Shown here in pieces: positions 42,400 to 53,870 of a DNA stretch of 64,000 nt. Both the position numbers and the translations under genes were made by a program. Source of the DNA: Azolla caroliniana (taxonomy: Eukaryota; Plantae; Polypodiophyta); contig JBHGNT010000013.1 of the NCBI GenBank assembly GCA_043228905.1, forward strand, positions 20,956,001-21,020,000. Direction: 5' to 3'. The number at the start of each line of letters is the position of its first letter. The stretch's first letter is position 1. Below the pieces are notes generated by a model. The model saw only the letters and a list, made by a program, of their open reading frames with translations. It was not told the DNA's origin and searched no databases.

Positions 42400-43035
42400 A
42401 AGGAATGACAAACATGACCCACAATGCACCCAGGGGTGTGCACTCATTAGGTTGGGGGGGATGTTAAGCGCTTGGATTGCACCGCCACCAGTCATGAAGA
42501 AGAGCGCATCAACAAGGACGTAGTATGGCTAAAGGACCTATGAAGGGAAAATGGCAAGAGAAAAAGGTGCTAAGGAACATCCAAGTGTGAAAGGTTCATA
42601 CCCTAAATGTAAATGCTATATAAACCACATGGTGGTGGCTTTGTAAGGGTTCTTCCATTTGTAAAGATCTCCCTATTGATTAAGAGCTAGAGCTTCCTCT
42701 CCTCCTTCTTGTAACCTTTAAGCTTAAGAGGGATTAGTGAGGTGTTTAGTTAGAAAACACTAATCTCTTTTCCTTGTTGGTGCTAGACCTCTTAGCAAAG
42801 AGGGTTAATAAACATATTCATTACTTTTATTGTCTATGAGAGCGAGCTTGAGAGAGTGAGAGAGATATCGTGTTTAATCATCTATTAATCGTGGCTCGGA
42901 GGTGTCTGACAACCATCTTCGCCTGATTCGCCATCAAATGGGTATACACTAGTCTGAGCCCCGCAAACGACATCGAGGAGTTAACTCCGTCGATACATAA
43001 ATCCTACACATTTATTTGGCACCACTGCCGGGGAT
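42400..43035 (+). mobile_element. Athila-like LTR fragment with Asp-tRNA-type PBS
   Basis: TATA at ~42617; TGGCACCACTGCCGGGGA at ~43017 resembles the Athila PBS TGGCGCCGTTGCCGGGGA. Confidence 0.55.
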
Positions 43036-43659
43036 ACGACCAATGCTTGAAGCCGACTTTGAGTGGTCAAACACTCGTAGGCAACCCACTTAACGAGGGA
43101 AGAAATCAAAAGTAAAACCACCATTTGTGTTAATTAAAATTCTCACTATTTCACATTTTCATTACGTTAATTTTCTATTTTTTTAAGTTTTAATTTTCCC
43201 CTCCTTAATCGCCCAGACATTAGCAAGTTATTCGTTCAGTTAACGTTAAGCATTGTTGAGATTTAGCCGTTGTAGGGCAAGAATAATCACCGCAATTCTC
43301 GCTGATTACGATCATCCTACGGGACACGAAACGGTTGTTGTTGCCAAAAAAAGTAATTCCCTCCTTCGTTTACAACCGTGTGCAATGTGTCGACAGCTGC
43401 CGTGAAGTACTCCTGAGTCTTGAGTGCAATTTTGACTAAAGCAACTCGGAGAAAATCGTTTGCAAACAATTCAGCCAACAATGCCTACGTAGTACAAGGT
43501 TTGACCGACCGATCGAACAACCATTGAAGAGGTTCTTCCCGACAACCGAACAATCAGCGAAGTCGAAGCAAGTCCTAGGATAATTGAGTTTGCAACTACT
43601 GCAAGAAACCCAGACACATCAAAGCCGATTGCCGTGCACTCGAGGCCAAAAACGATAAG

Positions 43660-45980
43660 GCTCAACGAGCCGATCAAATGAGTGGTCGACAAGAGGAGAT
43701 CAACTACATCGGCTCTACACCCGCAATATTATCAAATGACCCGAACATACTATCAATTGAGAACCCAGTCGACTCAGAAGTTTTGCTTACGATTGAAGAA
43801 TCGAGCACATGGCTCTTAGATTCGGGTGCGTCCTTTCATGTGACTCCTCATCGATCCCAATTCCGGCAATACACGGCCTGACATTCCGACTTAGTTTGAG
43901 TAGGAAATTCACAACAATGCGACATAATCGGAATCAACACGGTAGAGCTCAACCTTGTGGGTGGCTCTACATTAATACTACGCAATGTTCGACATGTACC
44001 TGAGCTCTCAAGTCCACTGATCTCAGTCGGACAATTGGATGAAGACGGCATTCGTGTTGGCTTCTCATCAGGAGGGTGGACGCTCCACAGGGGCAACCTC
44101 CTTCTTGCTCAAGGACCAAAGATACACTCATTGTATCCTTTCCACGTCACACTCCGAGAGGGTGACCTATTTCTGGTTGACATCCCCGTGTCATCACTAT
44201 GGCATGGGCGACTCAAACACCTCAGCAAGGCCGGCATCACCCACTTATCGAGAGCTGGATCCATCCCCAAACTCTCCTTCTCGGCTCATCAGTTCTGCGA
44301 GCATTGCCAACAGACAGTCGCAACACACCTGTCATCCGCCCCGACAGAATCGAGTCCGCTCGATTTGGTCCACTCGGAGGTCTATGGTCCTATGCCACAT
44401 CAGTCTCTTGGCGGTGCTTCATACTTCGTCAGCTTCATTGATGACTCAACTTGGAAGGTGTGGGCTTATCCGATCAAAACCAGTCAAAAACTGAAATGCT
44501 TTCGAACCGATAACGGGGGAGAGTTCAAATCAAAGGAATTCGTCAAATTTTGCCGACAACGCGGCATAAGACGTGAATTTACGGCACCCCATAGTCTGGA
44601 GCAGAATTGGAATTGCCGAGCAAATGAATCAGGCAATTCAAGAAAGGATAGTTTCCATGCTCCAACACTCCGGACTGTCAGATGGCTTCTGGGTAGAGGC
44701 CCTACTTATGGCAGTACACATAATCAATATGTCGCCGAGAAGGCCTCTAGGACTTTGGATCCCTCAGGAATTATGGACCGGTAGTAAGCCGAATTACGAC
44801 AAGCTGAGGATTTTCGGATATGAGGCGTACACCCTCATCCCGAAAGATGATCGTCGCAAACTTGCACCAAGGTCCAAGAAATGTGTTTTCCTCAGTTATG
44901 GACTAGATGGCGAAATAGGATACCGACTCTGGGACCCCCAACATAGACAGATTGTCCGCAGTTCGGACGTCGTGTTCAACGAGTTGGCCATGCATCAATC
45001 AGTCTAAAAACCAGTCGAAGCCCGAAGGGTAATTTTCTCTTATGTGCCAACCCTTCACGAAGGCCTAGCTCACAACACGCGGTCAACTTCACGGGTAGCT
45101 GAACCCTCTAACACCGACTCGGCACTGTCAAACACGACACAACCAAATGACTCAGCTTTGGACCATCCGACCATGACACCCGATGCAACCAGTCAAAGTC
45201 ATACCTCGACGATCCGAGAGACTGTCCCAACCCTCGGAGAGATACTCTCATGGTATCTTCTTTACAGACGGCGGAGAACCGATGTCATACGATGAAGCAT
45301 CGACATCAGCCGACTTGGCCACCTGGCTTGCACGTTTCGACAAGCCGAAATCGTCTCGGTTCCAATTGGTTACAACGACAATCAGGGTGTTGTTGCTCTG
45401 TCGAAAAATCCGGTTCATCACAATGCCTCCAAGCATATTGATGTTCGATATCATTTCATTCGAGATTATGTCATTTTAGGGAAAATCGGCCTTGAGAAGG
45501 TACCTACAACCAATAACGTTGCGGATGCAATGACCAAGTGTCTCTCGGCGGAAATATCTCGATCCCTTTGGCATTGAATGAGCGTAATGAAGAGTTAGTC
45601 CGATTAAATCAGACACCCAGGATGTTTCTCGGACAATAGACCTGGATAGTTTGAACTTCAGCTTCAGTCTTTCTGAACTCATCCAATCCAACCTTCTTCT
45701 CTTTGGAGTTCACCGACTTGAACGAATTCTCGATTGTTCGAAAACCTTGTATCAATCTATATTGTACATTCATTTTGGTTTACAGATTTCAGATGTATAC
45801 GCCCACTACAGGGGAGTGTTGAATACGGGCTTTTAATGGACGCATTCACACTGTCTTCTTTGTACACACTAGGGTTAGGCTACTTATGTAAATAGTGAGA
45901 AGGGCACTTGCCCGAAGTCAATCAGTATATAAACAGATTTTGTAACCTAGTTGTGTGGTTGTTCTTCGTGGCTATTGCAA
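43660..45980 (+). mobile_element. Decayed Ty1/Copia internal region with partial 3' LTR
   Basis: WLLDSGASFH protease; LWHGRL; FRTDNGGEF; RNase H end (KHIDVRYHFIRD); PPT AGGGGAG then TGTTG at ~45818. Confidence 0.85.
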
Positions 45981-46002
45981 GATATTCTGAGTTGTGCCTA
46001 AC

Positions 46003-48300
46003 TGTTGGGAGACAGGTCCCTCCGGATGGGAAGAGAGAAGAACAGTGCCGATGAACAAACTCGGCCGAGGCCGGAACCGGATGAGGAGTACCCGGCTATG
46101 GAGAGCCGGATGACGCAGACCCGGTGAGAACCGGATGAGGAGTACCCGGCTACGGAGAGCCGGATGACGCAGACCAGGTGAGAACCGGAGGAGGAGTACC
46201 CGGCTACGGAGAGCCGGATGATGCAAACCCGGTGAGATCCGGATGAGGAGTACCCGGCTACGGAGAGCCGGATGGTGCAGACCTAGTGAGATCCGGATGA
46301 GGAGTACCCGGCTACGGAGAGCCGGATGGTGCAGACCCGGTGAGAATCGGATGAGAAGTACCCGACTACGGAGAGCCGGATGGTGCTGACCTGTTGAGGA
46401 ATGTGACGAGAACTCAACGCTCTTTATACGCACCGCTCGGCCACAACCGAGCTTAGAATGATACACAGAAAACGGGAAATGAAAGCACGCCACAAAGAGG
46501 AGAAGAGTACACAGGATGTTTACATGGAAAACCCCAAACTAGGGAGAAAAACCACGGCAGCCCATAGGCTGCAAACTATCACTATGTTGGAATGTACAAA
46601 CAGTGAGTTCATGGAGGCAACGACCTCGTGCTCACGATCTTCGCCACAGGCGGCGGTTACAACAGAGGCACTCGACCTCTTTCTCTCTCTCTCTCTCTCT
46701 GTACACTGTTGCGCGCACTGATCTCACGCAAACAGAAATGACAACAACCATAACTAAAAGTTTGCCCTAAGTCATATTTATACTGATATGACTTTTCGGC
46801 TATTTACAAATATAGCCTCAATGGACTCTCAGAAACATATTTACGAAGTCGGAGTGGTGAGCCGGACATTGGATACGCAGTCGGAGTGGTGAGCCGGTTT
46901 ATGAGCAATCCCGACAAGGAGCACTGGAACGCGGTCAAATGGATACTCTGGTATTTGAAGGACACTTCAAATATGTGTCTCCGATTCGGCTCCGGAAAAC
47001 CTCAACTTAACGATTTCACCGATTCGGACATGTCGGCTGATGTGGATACCAGCCGGTCTACATCCGGGTATGTAATGACATATGCAGGGGGAGCTGTTTC
47101 GTGGCAGTCGAGGCTGTAGAAGACGGTTGCATTGTCAACCACGGAGGCGGAGTACATGGCTGTTGTGGAAGCCGACAAGGAAATATTATGGATGAAGGAC
47201 TTCATCGGAGAGCTCGGTATCCGTCAAGATGAATACCGACTCTATTGTGACAGTCAAAGTGCCATCCATCTTGCTAAGAATGCGGCCTACCATTCCCGGA
47301 CGAAGCATATCCAGCGAAGATATCACTAGATCCGGGAAAGTGTAGATGACCAGGAGTTCGTACTGACGAAGATCCACACGGCGAGAACGGGTTAGATATG
47401 CTGACCAAAGTGTTGATACCCGACAAGCTGGATGCATGCCGGAAGAGGATCGGACTAGTAAGACACCCCATGCCGGAGTGAAGGGGGAGTTTGTTAGGAG
47501 ACAGGTCCCTCCGGAGGGGAAGGGAAAAGAACAGTGCTGATGAACAAACTCTGCCGAGGCCGAAACCGTATGAGGAGTACCCGGTTACGGAGAGCCGGAT
47601 GATGCAGGTCTGGTGAGGACCGGATGAGGAGTACCCGGCTACGGAGAGCCGGGTGATGCAGACCCGGTGAAGACCGGATGAGGAGTACCCGGCTACGGAG
47701 AGCCTGATGGTGCAAACCCGGTGAGAACCAGATAAGGAGTACCCGGCTACGGAGAGCCGGATGACGCAGACCGGTGAGAACCGGATGAGGAGTACTTGGC
47801 TATGGAGAGTTGGATGGTGCAGACCCGGTATGAACCGGATGAAGAGACATATTCGTAAATATGTTTCTGAGAGTCCATCGAGGCTATATTTGTAAATAGC
47901 TGAAAAGTCATATCAGTATAAATATGACTTAGGGCAAACTTTTAGTTATGGTTGTTGTCATTTCTGTTTGCGTGAGATCAGTGCGCGCAACAGTGTACAG
48001 AGAGAGAGAGAGAGAGAGAGAAAGAGGTCGAGTGCCTCTGTTGTAACCGCCGCCTGTGGCGAAGATCGTGAGCACGAGGTCGTTGCCTCCATGAACTCAC
48101 TGTTTGTACATTCCAACATAGTGATAGTTTGCAGCCTGTGGGTTGCCGTGGTTTTTCCCTTAGTTTGGGTTTTCCACGTAAACATCCTGTGTACCTTTTC
48201 TCTCCTTTGTGTCGTGTTTTCCGTTTCCTGTTTTCTGTGTATGATTCTAAGCTCGGTTGTGGCCGAGCGTTGTGCATAAGGAGCGTTGAGTTCCAGTCAC
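46003..48300 (+). mobile_element. Rearranged Copia element: partial LTR 46003-46390, inverted LTR half 46392-46846, RNase H fragment, PPT and 3' LTR from 47492
   Basis: FTDSD, STTEAEY, CDSQSAI, RTKHI motifs; GAAGGGGGAG PPT; both LTR starts TGTT.GGAGACAGGTCCC. Confidence 0.8.
46075..46390. repeat. 54-bp tandem repeat within the LTR (about 6 units; again at ~47565-47845)
   Basis: CCGGATGAGGAGTACCCGGCTACGGAGAGCCGGATG..GCAGACCCGGTGAGAA repeated. Confidence 0.9.
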
Positions 48301-48399
48301 TAACTGTTTCTCTCTCTCTAACGCACTAGTTGCATTCCCTTTTTTCTGTCTATGCTGCCATCAATCCACTGTTATCTTTTATCTACTTACGATCTGCCA

Positions 48400-48984
48400 A
48401 GAGAGGAGTGTTCATCTCGTTCCGCATCAGATGAAGACGCTTGCAACAGACACTCAACAACAAATAGATGCACATGAATCTGAGTCGGAAGATGGGTTGG
48501 TAGAAGAAACGGATTCTGAATCTGTTGTTGAAGAAAGAAGATATCCACGAAGAAAAAGGAAGACCTCCTCTTGGTATCCACGCAGTCAATATATTCTCTT
48601 GACTTATGAAGGGGAACCAAAATGCTATGAAGAGGTCATGACTGATATACATAAGGAGAAATGGTATAATGCCATGCAAGAGGAAATGTATTCCTTGCAC
48701 GAGAACCACACATATGAGCTTATGCAGCAACCTGGAGGTAAGAAGGCACTTAGAAATAAATGGGTCTACAAATTAAAGACTAGAGAAGACGGAAGTACAC
48801 CCAAGTATAAGGCCCGCATTGTCGTGAAGGTTTCCAACAAAAAAAGGGTGTTGATTTTGATGAGATTTTTGCTCCATTTGTCAAGATGACTTCCATCCGA
48901 ACTGTTTTGAGTATGGCGGCTAGTATAAATTTGGAACTTGAACAGTTGGATGTTAAAACAACATTCTTGCACGGTGAGTTGGAA
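48400..48984 (+). mobile_element. Copia RT N-terminal fragment
   Basis: AMQEEM.SL.EN.TYEL, KWVYKLK, YKARIV, QLDVKTTFLHGEL. Confidence 0.85.
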
Positions 48985-51900
48985 AATGAATGCGATACAT
49001 TGTATTGAATTGTGGTGAAAAATCTGGTTTTTTTATCAACTCAAGCTCGTTTTTTTTATTTTTATTTATTTTTAAATCCGAGAAAAAAAACTTTGAACAT
49101 GAATTTGATACATTGTATGGATTTCTGATGAAAACCCTGTTTTTCACATCAACTTGATACAATGTATGGAGTTCATGTTTAGAAATCTTCTTCTTTTTCA
49201 AATTAAAGAGGTTTAAGGTTTACATGAACTCGAATTGTACTAAAATCTCTGTTTTTACAAGAGAAAAAGATGCATATCGATACTGCAAAGAAGTATGTTC
49301 ACAACAAGACACGTTACAATGAACACGTGCTTCATTGATTTAACAAAAAACTATTAATAATTGTGTTGATGGTAATTGAACCTTGGAAATGGCATTTACG
49401 TGGTTTATAAAATATTTTGGTGGTTCTTAATCACCACTTAAGCACTTAATGTTGATCTTCATAGTTTGGTTCATCTACAACAAAGAAACATTTATGTGGA
49501 ACTAAGGATGACAACACGAGCATAACTTAGGTGACAAGGAAACTTGCAAGAACTCAACGTTGTCATGCCTTTCGGCTCCGGATCGTTGCGTGAGTCGGGT
49601 GGGAACCGCTGAGGTTTTGGACTAGGAAGAGGAAGAATTTGAGACGATTCTAATTATGAATAGGTTATTAGAAACTTGTGAATCCCACAAGTATAATGTA
49701 TTTTATTGATTAATATTTAAGTAAGAATAAGTATTTAGATTGATAGAGAAAGATATAGAAATCTCGTGAATCCCACAAGTATAGTTTATTAATTGGTGTT
49801 TTAGGAAATATATCCAATTTCCCAATATATTTCACACTTATTACATTGTGCACCCCATCCTTATATGGCGATGAGAGAGTCTTCACAATCCATGCTTTTT
49901 TTTCTAACTATAGACTCCATGCTTTTCCTATAGATAGACTATATGCTTTATCTAAAGTGATCATGCTTTTTCTATTTTGTGCGTTTTTTATCGACTATAG
50001 CGTTCATGCATGCTAGATGTGCATGCGTAGCTTTTTCTTTTAGCATGCATTTTTCTTTTAACTAAATTTTATCCTACATGAACTTACCTTTCTATGTGGG
50101 ACATTTACTTTTTAATAGTAATGAAATGTAAGTGTAATGGTAGGGTTTCACATTATTAACATGGAGCTGCAAGGTTCAAATCTTGCCCTATGCACGTATT
50201 ATTTATTTTGACATTTTCTTTCATATTTACTAAAACGTTACTTTATAAGTTTTTCATGTAGTGTACGAAATACACTACGACACTCGCCCCCTCCGAACCC
50301 GCACATCCTCCGGTATGTGCCGAAGTTGTCGGTGATTGTTAGTCTCGTCCGTGCATTCTCTACCCGGTTTGTTTCGTCGCCGGTCGTGTTTGGTTGCCGG
50401 CCCTGTTTGGTCGCCGGTTTTTGGTTGCCGGATCCGCCCGGTTTTCGGTTCTGTTCAGTTGCTAGCTCTGTCCGGTCTCCGGTTACCGACCCTCGTAATT
50501 CTTCGTTACTTGTTGTACCCTCCGTTTCTCTCGCTATGTCAGCTTTGTCTCTCCATTTTGAGCATATCCATTCTTTCCACCCGAACCATTGTCGCCATCA
50601 GATCCACCATAGTCTTCGTTCACTGTTTGCATGGCCATGGTCGTTTGTCGCAGCTCCTCGTGCTCCTCTTGAGCATAACCTTTCATGTCTTGTGCATTTT
50701 CCATGCTTCCCACTTTGTTCACTTTTATCGTGTAATCTTGCGTTAGAGTTGACAATCTTCATGTTAGAACCCTCCTCATTTGTTGAGATCTCATCCTTGG
50801 TAACACCCTTTAAATCCGCTTGGCTCGCTTGGCCCTCAACATCCGTGGTAGTGTCTTTTCTTGGCCTCTTTGTTGTAATCGTCGGCCTCAATCTTTTTGA
50901 CCCCTGGTTTAGTTGGATTAGCTTCTTTCTGATTCGGTCTCGTCCGATCCGCTTTTAGTTGGATCGTATTAGCTTCTTTCCGATTCGGTCTCGTTTGATC
51001 GGCATTTGGATAGATTGGCTTTTGATCGGATTTGTATTCGGCCGAATCGGACTCGGTTGATCGGTTTGGACCGAGTCGGCCCCCTTCCGGGTCGGTTTCG
51101 ATCTATCGGTTTCGGTTTTGGTTGGCTTTCTTTTCCTCGTTTTCATCGGGCTCGACCGGTTCATCATCCGATTAAGTCAGATTAGCTTCTTTCCGAATCG
51201 GTATTGTCCGATCGTCTTTCGGCTAGGTCAGCTTCCATCCATATTCGCATTCGGCTGAATCGGACTCGGTCGATCGGTTTTGACCGAGTCGGCTCCCTTC
51301 CGGGTCGGTTTTTGTTTAGATCGGAATTTCATCCGGATCATCTTCCATCCGAACCGGCTTTCGACTTTACCTTTCTTGCCGCCATCTCCGGTCTCTCCGG
51401 TCTCACGTTGGTTCTCGGACGCAACCGCTGAAATCTCTAGGATTAGTGCACATGAACCCTCGGTATTATCATCCTTTGTCATTTCAACCATAGCCACCTT
51501 CTCAGCTATCTCTCCGTCGTATGAATCGGCTTTGACCTTTGTTCTCTCTCCACCACCTTCCGTCTCTTCGGTCTCACGTTGCCTTTTGAACGCAACCGCT
51601 GGAGTCTCTGGAATCAGTGGTGGGGAAGTTTCGATATGGCCATCTGCCATTGATTCGTCCATGAAGACATGGTCGTTTGTCTGCAGACTACCATCCTTCA
51701 TCGACCATGTCTTTGACAAGATTCTCATTTTCCTCTCATCATGTCTTCGACATACCCTTTGGACTTCGGCCCAATCTTCGGTAAGACCATTCGCACCGTC
51801 ATCGTCTTCGAGCTAGATCCCGATGTCCATCCTTTCTTTTCAATCGATTGATTTTACAAACATTAGGACTTTATCCTCTCCCACCAATCTTTGTTCCCGC

Positions 51901-53870
51901 TTCGAGAGTCGAGCAAAACGATGCTCGAACTCTAGGAATACTTGTGTTGCACTCCGGTAGGTCTTCTCCGATGCCACCCATTCGTCGAATTCTCGATGAT
52001 CTTGTCCCTTTGATCTCTTGAAATCATATGCCTCTTGTAAAGCTTCTTCAAAGGACTCCCATGTTGGGTTTTGTTGCGGCCCTATTTTGTGGATTCTCTC
52101 TTGTAACTCATCTGTGACTACTCGATTGAAGGATGTCACTTGCAATCCTTCTGGTATCCCACATTGCATCATCTCGGCCTTGTATTCGCATAGATAGCGT
52201 GACACATCCTTTCCATCGAATTCCCCGTTTCTTTGCACAAGCCGCGCTACTACCGATTTCATCTCCGACATTGTGCGTTGCTCTTCTTGCATCCGCTTAA
52301 TCATCATCATCATCATCATATTCATCGCTTCTTGTTGATTCTCCATCTCCTTACCACCCCTCTTCACGTCGGGTTCACCACTTGCGTCGTGCCTTTTGGC
52401 TCCGGATCGTTGCGTGAGTCGGGTGGGAACCGTTGAGGTTTTGGACTAGGAAGAGGAAGAATTTGAGACGATTCTAGTTATGAATAGATTATTAGAAATT
52501 TGTGAATCCCACAAGTATAATGTATTTTATTGATTAATATTTATGTAAGAATATATATTTAGATTGATAGAGAAAGATATAGAAATCTCGTGAATCCCAC
52601 GAGTATAGTTTATTAATTGGTGTTTTAGGAAATATATCCAATTTCCCAAATATTTCATACACTTATTACATTGTGCTCCCCATCCTTATATGGTGATGAG
52701 AGAGTCTTCACAATCCATGCTTTTTTTTTCTAACTATAGACTCCATGCTTTTCCTATAGATAGACTATATGCTTTATCTAAAGTGATCATGATTTTTCTA
52801 TCTTGTGCATTTTCTATCGACTATAGCGTTCATGCACGCTAGATGTACATGTGTAGCTTTTTCTTTTAGCATGCGTTTTTCTTTTAACTAAAGTTTATCC
52901 TACATGAACTTAGGTTTCTATGTGGGACATCTATTTTTTAATAATAATGAAATGCTAGTGTAATGGTAGGGTTTCACATTATTAACATGGAGGTGTAAGG
53001 TTTGAATCTTGCCCTATGCATTTATTATTTATTTTGACATTTTCTTCTATTTCTTCATATTTACTAAAAAGTTACTTTATAAGTTTTTCATGTAGTGTAC
53101 AAAATACACTACGACAACGTGGGGATATTAATAGCTACACATGTAGATGGCCATGACCTAGGGCACCAATTCTGCATTGGTAAAGTTTTGGACATGGTGA
53201 TGCATTAAGTCTTTGTAATACATCTATCATTGACATTAGTGAGGTGGATATTATTGTGTATGACTTTACACTGACAAAAATTGGATGTTTAAGGACGACA
53301 ACGATAGACATAATAAAAGAGATATTACCAAGTCTAGAAGATATTTCAGATTGAAGGCGAACAAGATTTAGTGCACACAATTTGGCGACACCATTTGGTG
53401 AAGACAATGATTTAATTGGTACATTTGAAAATGAGGAGGAAGAGTCACGATTGTATATTAGCTATAGTAGGGATTCTCATGAAAGGAATGATGATAGTGA
53501 TGCAAATAACTCCTAAATGTATTTTTTGTGCAACGATATGCAACAAATTTAGACAACATTTTATCAAATGAAATAGAAAAGTTGATTGTTTTGAAATCTT
53601 TCTCTTATGATATCGTTAGTATTTAAAATACTACTAGTTGTAATTTGTCCTTAAAAATACACAAAGTTACTTTTCGTATTTGGCCAAAATTTGACATTTT
53701 TCAATTTTCCAATTGGTGAAAATTTTAGCTTTTTCATCAAGTTTTCGAGAAATTGTGATACTGGTGTCAAGGTGTTTAGTAAAATGGCCAAAAAAGCCCC
53801 AAAATCAGATGGAATATTCCTTATCCTTCCATTTGTGCGCAATCCTTCCACTTGTGAACGTGAACATGTT
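48985..53870 (+). mobile_element. Old, internally deleted relative of the 56660 element (eroded palindromes, transposase 3' remnant, terminus), split by an LTR element
   Basis: 49250-49560 and 53117-53480 translate to matches of the 926-aa protein (EKKMHIDTAKKY, QQRNIYV..RMT, QGNLQELNVGILIAT, GHQFCIGK); ~53820-53870 is the reverse complement of ~56660-56710. Confidence 0.85.
49561..53116 (-). mobile_element. Non-autonomous (gag-only) LTR retroelement; LTRs 49561-50282 and 52385-53116; apparent TSD ACGT
   Basis: LTR pair ending ACGACA; PPT (CTCGCCCCCTCC on +) at 50283; PBS-like TGGTGAA on - strand; gag-like ORF 51840-52367; no pol; removing it rejoins the flanking transposase reading frame. 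Confidence 0.85.

Noticed and set aside
45972-47715. HHPALRSRVLLIR repeat proteins
   Set aside because: Antisense translations of the 54-bp LTR tandem repeat.
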